NCBI GenBank assembly: GCA_963668675.2
Contig: CAXXMB010000002.1
Span: forward strand, 2,464,001 to 2,528,000
Source of the DNA: an uncultured Desulfatitalea sp.
GTDB taxonomy: Bacteria > Desulfobacterota > Desulfobacteria > Desulfobacterales > Desulfosarcinaceae
Reading direction: 5' to 3'
DNA length: 64,000 nt
Both the position numbers and the translations under genes were made by a program. This document shows positions 50,086-62,403 of the stretch, piece by piece. The notes beneath the pieces are model-generated. The model had not been told where the DNA came from, did no database searches, and was given only the letters and a program-made list of their open reading frames with translations. Within the stretch, counting starts at the first letter, position 1. Each line of letters starts with the position of its first letter.

Positions 50086-51511
50086 CCAACTTCTGTTTTA
50101 AAATCTCATTGACAACCTTCGGATTGGCCTTTCCCCGCGTGGCTTTCATCACCTGGCCGACGAAGAATCCCATCAGTTTGGCCTGGCCGGCTTTGTAGCG
50201 CTCAACTTCGTCGGGGGAATTGGTCAGCACCTGATCCACGGCCGTTTCGATGGCACCGCTGTCCGACACCTGGACCAGGCCCTTGGCCTCTACGATCTCC
50301 GCCGGTGGTTTTCCAGTAGCAGCCATCTCCTCGAAGACGGTTTTGGCAATCTTTCCGCTGATGGTCCCTTTGTCGATCAGTTTCAGGAGGTCGGCCAGGT
50401 TTTGGGGCGTTATCGGCGAATCCTCGATCGATTGATCCTGGGCGTTGAGCAGCCCTAGCAGCGGGCCCATGATCCAGTTGCCGACCGCCTTGGGGGTATT
50501 GTGGTGCTTAAGGCAATCTTCAAAAAAATCGGCGAGTTCACGGCTGCTGGTCAGCACCCCGGCGTCGTAGTCCGGCAGTTCGTAATCGGCGATAAATCGC
50601 GCCCGGCGCTCGTCGGGCAGTTCAGGCAGCGATGTGCGCACCGCTTCGATCCATTCGGGGGCGATGTCCAGGGGCAGGAGGTCGGGATCGGGAAAATAGC
50701 GGTAGTCGTGGGCCTCCTCTTTGCTGCGCATGGAGAGGGTGATTCCTTTGTCCGGGTCCCACAGGCGGGTCTCCTGCACCACTTCGCCGCCGTCGAGCAG
50801 GGTTTCGGTCTGGCGGGCGATCTCGTAGCGGATCGCCTTCTCCACATGCTTAAACGAGTTGAGGTTCTTGATTTCGGCGCGGGTACCGAAGGCTTCCGTT
50901 CCCTTGGGCCGGATCGAAACGTTGGCATCGCAGCGGAAGCTGCCCTCTTCCATGTTGCCGTCGCCGATATCGATCCAGCGGACGATGGCCCGCAGCACCC
51001 TTAAATAGGCGCCGGCCTCTTCGGCTGAACGCAGGTCGGGCTCGCTGACGATCTCCATGAGGGGCACGCCGGTGCGATTGAGGTCGACAAAGCTGATCGG
51101 TCGGTCGGCATCGTGCACCAGCTTGCCGGCGTCCTCTTCCATATGGATGCGGGTCAAACCGATACGACGGGTCCGGCCGTCGATCTGGATCTCCACATGG
51201 CCTTCGACGGCGATGGGCAGCTCGTACTGGGAGATCTGATAGCCTTTGGGCAGATCCGGGTAGAAGTAGTTCTTACGGGCGAAGCGGCTGCGGCCCGGCA
51301 CGCTGCAGTGGGTGGCCAGGGCCATGCGCAGGGTGTAATCCACCACCTTTTTGTTGAGCACCGGCAGAACGCCCGGCATGCCCAGGCAGACAGGACAGGT
51401 GTGGGTGTTGGGCGGTGCGCCGAACTGTGTTGAGCAGCCGCAGAATATTTTGGTGGCCGTCTTGAGTTGGGCATGCACCTCCAGCCCGATTACAGGTTCG
51501 AATGTCGTCAT
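50078..51511 (-). CDS. gatB: Asp/Glu-tRNA amidotransferase subunit B
   Basis: [44 protein letters not shown]. Confidence 0.98.
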   Translation of the reverse strand: MTTFEPVIGLEVHAQLKTATKIFCGCSTQFGAPPNTHTCPVCLGMPGVLPVLNKKVVDYTLRMALATHCSVPGRSRFARKNYFYPDLPKGYQISQYELPIAVEGHVEIQIDGRTRRIGLTRIHMEEDAGKLVHDADRPISFVDLNRTGVPLMEIVSEPDLRSAEEAGAYLRVLRAIVRWIDIGDGNMEEGSFRCDANVSIRPKGTEAFGTRAEIKNLNSFKHVEKAIRYEIARQTETLLDGGEVVQETRLWDPDKGITLSMRSKEEAHDYRYFPDPDLLPLDIAPEWIEAVRTSLPELPDERRARFIADYELPDYDAGVLTSSRELADFFEDCLKHHNTPKAVGNWIMGPLLGLLNAQDQSIEDSPITPQNLADLLKLIDKGTISGKIAKTVFEEMAATGKPPAEIVEAKGLVQVSDSGAIETAVDQVLTNSPDEVERYKAGQAKLMGFFVGQVMKATRGKANPKVVNEILKQKLDG

Positions 51512-51661
51512 GGGAAGCCTATTTTACTTCTGCAATTTCCGGTTTATTTTTTGCATCAACTTCTCGTAATTGTTGCTTTTTCTTAAACCGGACATTGCTG
51601 GCTGTTTAAGAAAATTTGCAAACAAAATGGGACCTTTTCAGACGCATGAGCGTGATAAAAT

Positions 51662-51988
51662 TCAGATATTCTTCAATTTGGCAGACAAATCAGGTAGGTC
51701 GAGCTGAATTGTATCCCATACCAGTTCCAAATTCACTCGTCCATAATCATGAATTAGGAAATTACGCATGCCGATAATTTGTTCCCACGGTACATTGGGG
51801 TGTTTCGATTTGATTGAATCAGGCAACCTGTTCGCTGCTTCTCCTATGATTTCAAGACGCCTTATAACTGCATCTTGTACGACGTCTGCCGTCATGAATT
51901 CTGTTTTTTGCATTCCCTTAACATATTTCATGATCGCATTGATGGAATCGCGGATATCATCAAGGAATATGAGAGGGTCTCTATTCAT
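51662..51988 (-). CDS. HepT-like HEPN ribonuclease (DUF86) toxin
   Basis: DAVIRRLEIIGEA and MRNFLIHDY (R-X4-H-X-Y). Confidence 0.92.
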   Translation of the reverse strand: MNRDPLIFLDDIRDSINAIMKYVKGMQKTEFMTADVVQDAVIRRLEIIGEAANRLPDSIKSKHPNVPWEQIIGMRNFLIHDYGRVNLELVWDTIQLDLPDLSAKLKNI

Positions 51989-52275
51989 AGAATTGTGATT
52001 TGGTCCTTCAGCACCTGCCTTTTAATCCTGGGGTGCAGATCATTATGGCTGACCAGATCGATTTTACACCCCAGCTCATTTTCGAGATCCATTTTGAGCT
52101 TTACGGCTTTGAACAGAGTGGTGCCGGCACCATACTCGACCATCATATCGATATCGCTGCCCTCCCGGCTCTCTCCACGTGCAAAAGAGCCAAAAAGCGA
52201 GGCTTTCTTAACATTGTTTCGTTTTAATATAGGTATTACCCTGCTACTAAAATTTGATATTTCAAGGTCTATCAT
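51985..52275 (-). CDS. Minimal nucleotidyltransferase (MntA-like antitoxin)
   Basis: LFGSFARGE...SDID...KIDLV. GGAGG before ATG 52275; overlaps the HEPN start. Confidence 0.92.
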   Translation of the reverse strand: MIDLEISNFSSRVIPILKRNNVKKASLFGSFARGESREGSDIDMMVEYGAGTTLFKAVKLKMDLENELGCKIDLVSHNDLHPRIKRQVLKDQITIL

Positions 52276-52678
52276 TGATGCCTCCGTCGACATCGGAAAT
52301 CGCATTTCAACAGTCTCTAACTATTACTTTATGTTCGAATCAAAAGCAATCACTGCGTTGCATGCATCTGTGAAGATGGTGCCCTTTTTTTGCCTGCGAA
52401 AGAACAGTGAATATAGGGATAAGGGATGCAATTTGATAGAATTGTGATCTCTCTGTTTTTTGTACTCTATGTGGTGAACCTTGCTCTCTTTGATTCTGTT
52501 GTGCATGCCGCCTGAAACATGTGGGTATATACTCCCAAGTTCCAGTTTTGACCAATTGCCCCTTTCAACTCAAGACCTTTTCACTTTGACAACGGCGGGA
52601 CGAACCGGTAGTAGCTGGTTTTCCAAGTGGAGTGACCACGTTAGGGTGCGATACATGGGCGAGCAAAGGAGTCCGAGG

Positions 52679-52864
52679 GTGCGCTATTTTTTGTGTGTGA
52701 TCGGCATGGTGATGATTATCGAAGGGTTGCCCTATTTTGCCTTTCCGGATCGAATGAAGCCCTGGTTGTTGAAGTTGATCGAAACACCGGATCAAGCATT
52801 ACGGCGGTTGGGGTTGGGGCTCATGCTGGGGGGGTTGGTGCTGGTGTATTTAGGGAGAGTGTAA
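52679..52864 (+). CDS. DUF2065-family small membrane protein
   Basis: GMVMIIEGLPYFAFP...LRRLGL. Confidence 0.85.
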   Translation: MRYFLCVIGMVMIIEGLPYFAFPDRMKPWLLKLIETPDQALRRLGLGLMLGGLVLVYLGRV

Positions 52865-52899
52865 AGTTTAAAGTGTTAAGTGAAGGAATTCTGTCTATT
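52863..52899 (+). repeat. 7-mer array plus GGAATTCTGTCTATT core (orphan half-site)
   Basis: AAAGTTT AAAGTGT TAAGTGA AGG; 24 nt identical to 61156-61179. Confidence 0.75.
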
Positions 52900-52953
52900 G
52901 ATATGGTGGTTTGCGGTTAGAAATCACTCGTTCGAAGCATCGGGTTCGTTTGT

Positions 52954-53987
52954 ATGTATGATCTGAACGATTACGATTATGAGTTGCCTGAGGCGTTGAT
53001 CGCACAGGCACCCGTTGTGGACCGTGATCGGTCCCGGCTATTGCGCTTGGAGCGCTCATCCGGCCGTATCTCCCATGGAATTTTTTCCGGTGTGGTTGAT
53101 CTGCTGGCGCCCGGCGATGTGCTGGTGCGCAACAACACGCAGGTGATTCCAGGCCGTCTCTTGGGGCGGAAGCCGACGGGCGGACGGGTTGAGGTATTGG
53201 TTTTAGATTTCGCCGAGGGGACGGCCTCTGGTCAGTTCACCTGTCTGGTAAAGGCCTCCAAACGGCCAAAGCCGGGAAGCCGCCTGCTGTTCGATGAGGG
53301 GTTGGAGGCGCGGGTATTGGATGTGCAGGAGCGCACCTGCACGCTGGCATTCGAGGGCACATCCGATTTCGGGCAGACCCTGGATCGGATCGGCCATGTT
53401 CCACTGCCGCCTTACATCCGTCGAGAGGACGCCGAGGCCGACCATCAAACCTATCAGACGGTATATGCAGCCCACAAAGGGGCCATTGCAGCTCCCACAG
53501 CCGGATTGCACTTCACGAACGACCTGTTGGACCGCCTGGTCGAAAGGGGCGTTGAAATCGTCGATCTGACCCTCCATGTGGGCTATGGAACGTTTCTTCC
53601 GGTACAGGAGAGCGATATCCGCCGCCACCGCATGCACGCCGAAGGGTTCACCGTACCCCGGGAGACGGCCAAGGCGGTGAACCGGGCGAAGGGCCGCGGC
53701 AACCGGGTCGTTGCCGTGGGCACCACCTGTGTACGAACCATCGAATACTGCTCACGGGCGGGAGATGGACTGGTGCCACTTAGCGGATCTTGCGATCTCT
53801 ACATCTATCCCGGCTATGAGTTCAAAATGGTCGATGCCATGATCACCAACTTCCATCTGCCCAAATCGACCCTGCTTATGCTAGTGTCGGCTTTCGCGGG
53901 AAGAGAGCAGGTGCTCACCGCCTATGCAGAGGCGGTGAGAGAAGAGTATCGTTTTTACAGTTATGGGGACGCGATGATGGTTATTTA

Positions 53988-53988
<1 letters not shown>
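52954..53988 (+). CDS. queA: S-adenosylmethionine:tRNA ribosyltransferase-isomerase
   Basis: YELPEALIAQ, GHVPLPPYI, AAPTAGLHF, TNFHLPKSTL, FYSYGDAM. Confidence 0.98.
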
Positions 53989-55668
<1,680 letters not shown>

Positions 55669-55770
55669 GCAAGGCTTTCATCGTCTGAGTGCGGAAGACA
55701 ACAACACTGATGCTCAATGCTGCTGCCTTCGCTCTTCAGCCTTCAACCTCAATCAATAAGGAGCATACCC

Positions 55771-55992
55771 ATGAAAGATAAAGTCGAAGCAGCCATTGCC
55801 AAGATTCGTCCCATGCTTCAGGCCGACGGCGGAAATGTGGAGTTGGTGGATGTTACCCCCGAGGGCGTTGTTCAGGTGCGTCTGCAGGGCGCCTGTGCCG
55901 GCTGCCCCATGTCTCAGATGACGCTCAAGAATGGTATCGAGCGCATCATCAAAGAGTCGGTGCCTGAGGTGAAAACGGTCGAGTCGGTCTGA
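55771..55992 (+). CDS. NifU C-terminal (Nfu-type) Fe-S carrier
   Basis: IRPMLQADGGNVELV...LQGACAGCPMSQMTLK; AAGGAG RBS. Confidence 0.93.
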   Translation: MKDKVEAAIAKIRPMLQADGGNVELVDVTPEGVVQVRLQGACAGCPMSQMTLKNGIERIIKESVPEVKTVESV

Positions 55993-56059
55993 TTAAACAT
56001 CTATGGTTAAGTAATCCGGGGTTCGGTAGTCCGGGTCAACCATTTCAGGGGGGAGATCA

Positions 56060-57244
56060 ATGTCCGTTGCCCAGAAAATCAGTACGGTAATGCAGCAATC
56101 CTCATGGATCAGGAAGATGTTCGAAGAGGGCGGCCGCCTCAAAGCGCAATATGGGGCCGACAAGGTGTTCGATTTCAGCCTCGGCAATCCCAATCTGCCT
56201 CCACCGGCGCAGTTCAACGAGGCGTTGCAGGATGCCGTCAGCTCCTGTGGGCTGGGGGATCACTGTTATATGCCCCAGGCGGGTTATCCCCAGGTGTGCG
56301 ATGCCGTGGCCGAGTTCCTGGTGGACGAACAGGGCGTTGCACTCGAACCGGCGGACATCACCATGACCTGCGGGGCGGCTGGTGCTTTGAACGTGATTCT
56401 CAAGTCATTGCTCGATCCGGGCGACGAAGTGATCGTGCCGACCCCCTGTTTTGTCGAATACAAGTTTTATGTGGACAATCATGGCGGCGTGATCCAAATG
56501 GTGCCGACCCTGCCCGATTTTTCCCTGGACCTCGATGCCATCGGGGCGGCCGTCAATGCCAAGACAAAGGCGGTCCTGATCAATTCGCCCAACAACCCCA
56601 CCGGGCAGATTTACACATCAGAGGCTCTGGCGGCCCTTGGCGCGCTGTTGCAGGCAAAAGGCCGTGAATTCGATCGGACTATCTATCTCATATCGGACGA
56701 ACCCTACCGCAAGATCGTGTTCGATGGCCGTCAGGTGCCGAGTATTTTTCAGGCTTACAACGAGAGTATTATCGCCACCTCCTACTCCAAAGATCTCTCC
56801 ATCCCCGGCGAACGGATCGGTTTCGCGGCCATCAATCCATCGGCGACCTATAACGCCGACCTAAGGGCCGGGTTTGCCTTGGCCAACCGGATCCTGGGAT
56901 TTGTGAACGCGCCGGCATTGATGCAGCGGGTGGTGGCCTGTCTCCAGGGCGCCAGCGTCGATATGGACGAGTACAAGCGCAAACGGGATCTGCTGTGTGA
57001 CGGACTGGCCGATGCGGGGTACGAATTTGTCAAACCGCCGGGTGCCTTTTATCTCTTCCCGAAATCACCCATTGCAGATGATGTGGCTTTTGTTCGCCAG
57101 CTGCAGGAGGAGTTGATATTGGCGGTCCCGGGTAGCGGTTTCGCCGGCCCGGGTTACTTCCGCCTCGCTTTTTGCGTGGACGACCAGACCATTATCAACG
57201 CAATGCCAGGTTTTAAGCGAGTTATGGCGAACCACAAGCGTTAG
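56060..57244 (+). CDS. PLP-dependent class I/II aminotransferase (aspartate aminotransferase-like)
   Basis: SWIRKMFEEG, NSPNNPTG, SDEPY, SYSKDLSIPGERIG. Confidence 0.92.
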   Translation: MSVAQKISTVMQQSSWIRKMFEEGGRLKAQYGADKVFDFSLGNPNLPPPAQFNEALQDAVSSCGLGDHCYMPQAGYPQVCDAVAEFLVDEQGVALEPADITMTCGAAGALNVILKSLLDPGDEVIVPTPCFVEYKFYVDNHGGVIQMVPTLPDFSLDLDAIGAAVNAKTKAVLINSPNNPTGQIYTSEALAALGALLQAKGREFDRTIYLISDEPYRKIVFDGRQVPSIFQAYNESIIATSYSKDLSIPGERIGFAAINPSATYNADLRAGFALANRILGFVNAPALMQRVVACLQGASVDMDEYKRKRDLLCDGLADAGYEFVKPPGAFYLFPKSPIADDVAFVRQLQEELILAVPGSGFAGPGYFRLAFCVDDQTIINAMPGFKRVMANHKR

Positions 57245-57499
57245 CCCCCCTGTGAATCTCGACCCTCGAATTGGAGATGGAGATAGGCGTTGCAAGGTTA
57301 TGCCACCCGGAACAGCGTTATATCTGCTATTGAGCGACATGGGCATCTGCCACCTCTCCTCCCCAAGGTGAAAACCTTCCACGGCTTTCCGTCTGAGGCA
57401 CATAGGGTGGCTTTTCTATCGATCAATGTTCTCTTTTTTTTTCGCAAGGACGGCATCTCCTGCTCTTGAAGTGCTTATGCTTTCTCTACCCTTTTACCC

Positions 57500-57529
57500 T
57501 TGACATCTCCGAGATCGCTGCGTTATAAA
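57500..57529 (+). promoter_or_regulatory. Probable sigma70 promoter of the methylmalonyl-CoA operon
   Basis: TTGACA (57500) followed by TATAAA (57524). Confidence 0.55.
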
Positions 57530-57670
57530 ACTCAAACTTCTCAGAACACAGTTACACTGAATTTCGTTTATCAAACAAATGTCGATCTAAACGTAGTAAA
57601 GACGGATAGTTGAGATAAATTATTATGTGTAACATCGTTTCTTTAAACGCCCATCCTGTGAGGCAGTGAC

Positions 57671-58078
57671 ATGAAAATCATCAAAATCGATCACTTGGGA
57701 ATTGCGGTCAACAGCATCGACCAGGCCAAAACATTTTGGAGCGATATATTGGGCCTGCCTTTCGAGGGTGACGAGACGGTGGCCGAGCAGAAGGTGACTA
57801 CCGCCTTTTTCCCGGTAGGCGCGAGTGAAGTCGAACTGCTCGAATCGACTGCTCCGGACGGCCCTGTGGCCAAATACATCGAAAAGCGCGGGCAGGGCAT
57901 TCAGCATGTGGCGTTCCGTGTTGAAGACATCGACGCTGCATTGGACGAATTGAAAAGCAAGGGGGTGCGTTTGATAGACGAACAGCCCCGGATTGGTGCC
58001 GGAGGCGCTAGAATCGCTTTTTTGCATCCCAAAGATACCCATGGTGTGCTGGTGGAGTTGTGTGAACGCCAGGCGTAA
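57671..58078 (+). CDS. mce: Methylmalonyl-CoA epimerase
   Basis: IDHLGIAV, EVELLE, GIQHVAF, AFLHPKDTHGVLVEL. Confidence 0.93.
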   Translation: MKIIKIDHLGIAVNSIDQAKTFWSDILGLPFEGDETVAEQKVTTAFFPVGASEVELLESTAPDGPVAKYIEKRGQGIQHVAFRVEDIDAALDELKSKGVRLIDEQPRIGAGGARIAFLHPKDTHGVLVELCERQA

Positions 58079-58106
58079 TGGGCATGGTGGTGCGACAAAA
58101 ATCCTG

Positions 58107-58125
58107 AGTGTAACATAATTACACT
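58107..58125. promoter_or_regulatory. Palindromic operator candidate
   Basis: AGTGTAA-CATAA-TTACACT, with related TGTAAC-N3-GTTACA sites at 57542, 57628 and 58303. Confidence 0.6.
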
Positions 58126-58216
58126 TTCGGGCGATTTGAGCCGATAAAATCATGCTCGTGGATACCGACGCGGCCAGGGCCGGAACGTCGTGTTTCAGGG
58201 ACCGTTTCTCATGTCG

Positions 58217-58915
58217 ATGAAATCCAATCCTGCTTCCTATTCTGCTTTGTCAAAACAGCCTTCGCCTGCTGCGCCTCCTAAAGACAGGCGTCAAGATGAA
58301 CGCGTAACAAAGTTACAACCGTTGCGCCCGGAAGTGAAGGCCCGACTGGAAAAGGCCGTTCTCGATATCTTCTCCCATTCCGATTTTCATAAAGCCAATA
58401 TCCGTGACGTCGCCAAGCGGGCGGGCGTCAGTTTCAGCACCATCTACAAATATTACGGCAGCAAAGAGCGACTGGTATTTGCTTTCGTGGATGTGTGGCT
58501 GGGTGAGTTGACCGAGCGAATCGTCGATCACCTGCAGGGTATCGAGGATCTCAAAGAGAAGATGCGCAAGGTGCTCTGGCTGCAGCTCGACTATTACGAA
58601 CGCAATCCGCATTTAGGCCGCATCATCTTCATGACGTTGCCCATGGCCACCTGGATGGCAGACGAGACCTTCAAACAGAAGAAGATGATTCATCTCTATC
58701 TGGACGTACTCAAGAAGGGCCAGGATCAAGGCGTGTTGAATCCCAATGTGCGGGCCGGAATGCTGCTCGATTTCATGCTCGGGATGGTGCAGCGCGCATT
58801 TACCATGTGGGCTCAGCGCGGTGAGAAGGAGAGCCTGGCAGGGCAATCCGGCGTTATTTTCGATATGCTCTGGCGAGGGATGACGTGCGATCCGACACCT
58901 TCGGATAAACAATAA
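58217..58915 (+). CDS. TetR/AcrR-family transcriptional regulator
   Basis: ANIRDVAKRAGVSFSTIYKYYGSKERL helix-turn-helix. Start uncertain (58190-58322). Confidence 0.88.
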   Translation: MKSNPASYSALSKQPSPAAPPKDRRQDERVTKLQPLRPEVKARLEKAVLDIFSHSDFHKANIRDVAKRAGVSFSTIYKYYGSKERLVFAFVDVWLGELTERIVDHLQGIEDLKEKMRKVLWLQLDYYERNPHLGRIIFMTLPMATWMADETFKQKKMIHLYLDVLKKGQDQGVLNPNVRAGMLLDFMLGMVQRAFTMWAQRGEKESLAGQSGVIFDMLWRGMTCDPTPSDKQ

Positions 58916-59020
58916 ATGGGATCCGACCGGAGAGGACCGATGACAGCCCGGATATAGGGTTAGGCGCTGACATCGCAAATGCGCTTTCCGGGAAGATGCC
59001 AAGCAATCAAGGAGCAACCT

Positions 59021-61138
59021 ATGGCCGGCATCGATCAATGGAAAGAACTGGCCGCCAAACAACTCAAGGGGCGGCCGCTGGAGACGTTGGATTGGGCCAC
59101 ACCGGAGGGGATCACCGTTAAGCCCCTCTACACGGCCGAAGATCTGGACAAATTGGAGCATCTGGGCAGCGTGCCCGGGTTTGCACCCTATGTTCGCGGC
59201 CCCATGGCCACCATGTACGCCGGAAGACCGTGGACCATCCGCCAGTACGCCGGCTTCTCCACGGCCAAGGAGTCCAATGCCTTCTACCGCCGCAATCTGG
59301 CGGCAGGCCAAAAGGGATTGTCGGTGGCCTTCGATCTGGCCACCCACCGGGGCTACGACTCCGACCATCCCAGGGTCATGGGGGACGTGGGCAAGGCCGG
59401 CGTGGCCATCGATTCAATCGAGGACATGAAGATTCTCTTCGATCAGATTCCCCTGGACCAGATGTCCGTCTCGATGACCATGAACGGGGCCGTGATTCCC
59501 ATCCTGGGCATGTACATTGTCGCTGCCGAGGAGCAGGGCGTCTCCCAGGAGAAGCTGACCGGCACCATCCAGAACGATATCCTCAAAGAGTACCTGACGC
59601 GTAACACTTACATCTATCCGCCGGTTCCCTCCATGCGTATTGTCGCCGATATCATCGCCCACTGCTCGGCCAACATGCCGCGCTTCAACACGGTGAGCAT
59701 CAGCGGGTACCACATGATGGAGGCCGGGGCCACATCGGTGCTGCAGCTGGCCTTCACCCTGGCGGACGGCCTGGAGTATGTGCGTGCGGCGCTCAAGGCG
59801 GGCCTGGATATCGATGCGTTTGCGCCCAGGCTTTCGTTCTTTTTTGGCGTGGGCATGAACTTTTTTATGGAGATCGCCATGCTGCGGGCGGCACGCTTCC
59901 TGTGGCACGAGCTGATCACGCCGTTCAATCCCAAAAATTCGCGATCGACCATGCTGCGCACCCATGTGCAGACGTCGGGCTGGAGCCTGACCGAACAGGA
60001 TCCCTACAACAACATCATCCGCACCACGCTGGAGGCGCTGGCCGCCGTCATGGGCGGTACCCAGTCGCTGCACACCAACTCTTTCGACGAGGCCGTGGGG
60101 CTGCCCACCGATTTTTCTGCCCGCGTCGCCCGCAACACCCAGCTGATTATTCAGGAGGAGTCCCAGGTATGCCACGTGGCCGATCCGTTAGGGGGCTCGT
60201 ACTATATTGAAGCCCTCACCGCTGCCATGATCGACGAAGCGCGCAAAATCATCCAGGAGGTCGAGGGGTTGGGCGGCATGGCCAGGGCCATCGAGACCGG
60301 TATGCCCAAGATGCGCATCGAAGAGTCAGCCGCCCGGAGGCAGGCCCGCATCGACCAGGGGCTGGATGTCATCGTCGGCGTCAACAAATACCAGGTTGAA
60401 AATCAACCCCTCGACGAAGTGCTGGCGGTGCCCGAAGCGGTGCGCCAGGAGCAGATCGATCGTCTCCGTCAGACCAAAGAGGGTCGGGACGAACGGGCGG
60501 TGGAAGCGGCGTTGGCGGAATTGACGCATGCCGCCGAAACGGGCGGGAACCTGCTCACAACTTGCCTGCCGGCGGTACGTGCACGTGCCACCGTGGGCGA
60601 GATCTCCGATGCCATGGAGCGGGTATTCGGCCGCTTTGTGGCCACCACCCAGGTGATTTCAGGCGTCTACGCATCCGCGTACGAGGACCGGGCCGTGATC
60701 GACAGCCTGCGCAAACGGACCGAAGCGTTTGCCGAGCGCGAAGGGCGGCGGCCGCGCATCCTGTTGGCCAAGATGGGACAGGACGGCCACGATCGTGGCG
60801 TCAAAGTGGTGGCCACCGCATTTGCCGACTTTGGTTTCGATGTGGACATCAGCCCCATGTTTCAAACGCCCGAAGAGGTCTCCAAGATGGCCGTTGAGAA
60901 CGATGTGCATGTGGTGGGCGTCTCGACCCTGGCCGCCGGCCACAAAGCCCTGGTGCCCCAGTTGCTTGGTGCTCTGGGCGATGAGGGGGCCAAGGATATC
61001 CTGGTGGTGGTGGGCGGCGTTATTCCGCCTGCGGATTATGCCTTTTTGCGTGAGTCCGGGGCAGCCGGGATCTTCGGGCCGGGCACATCCCTGATCAAGT
61101 CCGCCAACGATGTGCTCAATGCGTTGGAGCAAAGATAG
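59021..61138 (+). CDS. scpA: Methylmalonyl-CoA mutase (B12-dependent)
   Basis: [52 protein letters not shown] before 59021. Confidence 0.96.
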   Translation: MAGIDQWKELAAKQLKGRPLETLDWATPEGITVKPLYTAEDLDKLEHLGSVPGFAPYVRGPMATMYAGRPWTIRQYAGFSTAKESNAFYRRNLAAGQKGLSVAFDLATHRGYDSDHPRVMGDVGKAGVAIDSIEDMKILFDQIPLDQMSVSMTMNGAVIPILGMYIVAAEEQGVSQEKLTGTIQNDILKEYLTRNTYIYPPVPSMRIVADIIAHCSANMPRFNTVSISGYHMMEAGATSVLQLAFTLADGLEYVRAALKAGLDIDAFAPRLSFFFGVGMNFFMEIAMLRAARFLWHELITPFNPKNSRSTMLRTHVQTSGWSLTEQDPYNNIIRTTLEALAAVMGGTQSLHTNSFDEAVGLPTDFSARVARNTQLIIQEESQVCHVADPLGGSYYIEALTAAMIDEARKIIQEVEGLGGMARAIETGMPKMRIEESAARRQARIDQGLDVIVGVNKYQVENQPLDEVLAVPEAVRQEQIDRLRQTKEGRDERAVEAALAELTHAAETGGNLLTTCLPAVRARATVGEISDAMERVFGRFVATTQVISGVYASAYEDRAVIDSLRKRTEAFAEREGRRPRILLAKMGQDGHDRGVKVVATAFADFGFDVDISPMFQTPEEVSKMAVENDVHVVGVSTLAAGHKALVPQLLGALGDEGAKDILVVVGGVIPPADYAFLRESGAAGIFGPGTSLIKSANDVLNALEQR

Positions 61139-61141
61139 ATA

Positions 61142-61192
61142 GAGGTTTAAAGTGGAAAGTTTAAAGTGTTAAGTGAAGGCGTTCCGCCAATT
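61142..61192 (+). repeat. 7-mer array plus degenerate core (orphan half-site)
   Basis: GAGGTTT AAAGTGG AAAGTTT AAAGTGT TAAGTGA AGGCGTTCCGCCAATT, directly after the mutase stop. Confidence 0.7.
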
Positions 61193-61269
61193 TGGACAGT
61201 TGTGTGATAGGATCAACATCCTTTTTTCGGCTTCGGCCTTTCGGATATAAATGGTAATTTTGGGCCCGA

Positions 61270-62274
61270 ATGAATAGCGAATCTTTGAACTACTACCTGG
61301 ACGGCGTCCTTGCAGGCGACCGGCGGGTGCTGGCCAAGGCCATCACCCTGGTCGAGAGCCGTCTGGGGGCCCACCGCGACCTGGCGCATCAGTTGATCGA
61401 GGCGCTGCTGCCAAAGACGGGCAGGGCCGTTCGCCTGGGGATCACCGGCGTGCCGGGGGTGGGCAAGAGCACCTTCGTCGAAAACTTCGGCATGCGGCTT
61501 ATCGAGCGCGGACACCAACTGGCCGTTCTGGCGGTGGACCCCAGCTCCCAGCATTCGGGTGGCAGCATTCTGGCGGACAAGACCCGCATGGAGCATCTGG
61601 CCGGCTCCCCATCGGCCTTCATCCGGCCTTCGCCATCGGGTGGCACCCTGGGGGGCGTGGCCCGTATGACCAGGGAAACCATGCTCGTGTGTGAGGCGGC
61701 GGGTTTCGACGTGGTGCTTGTCGAGACCGTCGGTGTCGGGCAGAGCGAGGGGTCCGTGGCCTCCATGGTTGATTTTTTTCTCCTTTTGATGATCACCGGC
61801 GCCGGAGACGCCCTCCAGGGGATCAAGAAGGGCATCCTCGAACTGGCCCACGCCGTGGCGATCAACAAGGCCGATGGCGACAACACGGCCCTGGCCGAGA
61901 AGACCCGCAATGAGCTGGAAAACGCCATGCACCTGATGCAGCCGGTTACCTCCTCTTGGACGCCGCCAGTAGTGACCTGCAGTGCGCTGAATCGCACCGG
62001 CCTGGATGCCATATGGGAGATCGTTCAAAAACATCATGAAAAGATGCGCGAGAGTGGCGAGCTTCAGCAGCAGCGCCAGGAGCAGGCCCTGCAGTGGATG
62101 TGGGCCCTGATCGAAGAGGGGCTCAAAGATCGGTTTTACCGGCACCCGGCTGTCCGTGAGCGGTTGCCCGATCTGGCAAGCGACGTCCGTCGGGGCCGCA
62201 TCACACCTACAAAAGCGGCCGGTCACCTGCTTTTTTTGCTTGACAATAAGGGTGCAGATAATAAAGGAATATAG
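61270..62274 (+). CDS. meaB: Methylmalonyl-CoA mutase-associated GTPase
   Basis: GITGVPGVGKST, AVDPSS, DKTRM, ETVGVGQSE, NKAD. Confidence 0.96.
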   Translation: MNSESLNYYLDGVLAGDRRVLAKAITLVESRLGAHRDLAHQLIEALLPKTGRAVRLGITGVPGVGKSTFVENFGMRLIERGHQLAVLAVDPSSQHSGGSILADKTRMEHLAGSPSAFIRPSPSGGTLGGVARMTRETMLVCEAAGFDVVLVETVGVGQSEGSVASMVDFFLLLMITGAGDALQGIKKGILELAHAVAINKADGDNTALAEKTRNELENAMHLMQPVTSSWTPPVVTCSALNRTGLDAIWEIVQKHHEKMRESGELQQQRQEQALQWMWALIEEGLKDRFYRHPAVRERLPDLASDVRRGRITPTKAAGHLLFLLDNKGADNKGI

Positions 62275-62403
62275 TCTTTTCGCTTGATTATATGTTGTTG
62301 GATCAAAGGGACGGAATGACCTGTCCGGCCGAAGGGGCCCTTTCCGGGTCGCCGATGACGCGCCGGTTCTGGAAACCGCCCATACCAGTGAAAGGAAGCC
62401 AGC

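Noticed and set aside
57340..57420. Cobalamin or cyclic-dinucleotide (GEMM) riboswitch ahead of the B12-mutase genes
   Set aside because: Only fragments match (GGTGAAAACC; GACGGAAAGCC on the minus strand). There is no B12 box or GNRA-capped P1, and it lies upstream of the predicted promoter.
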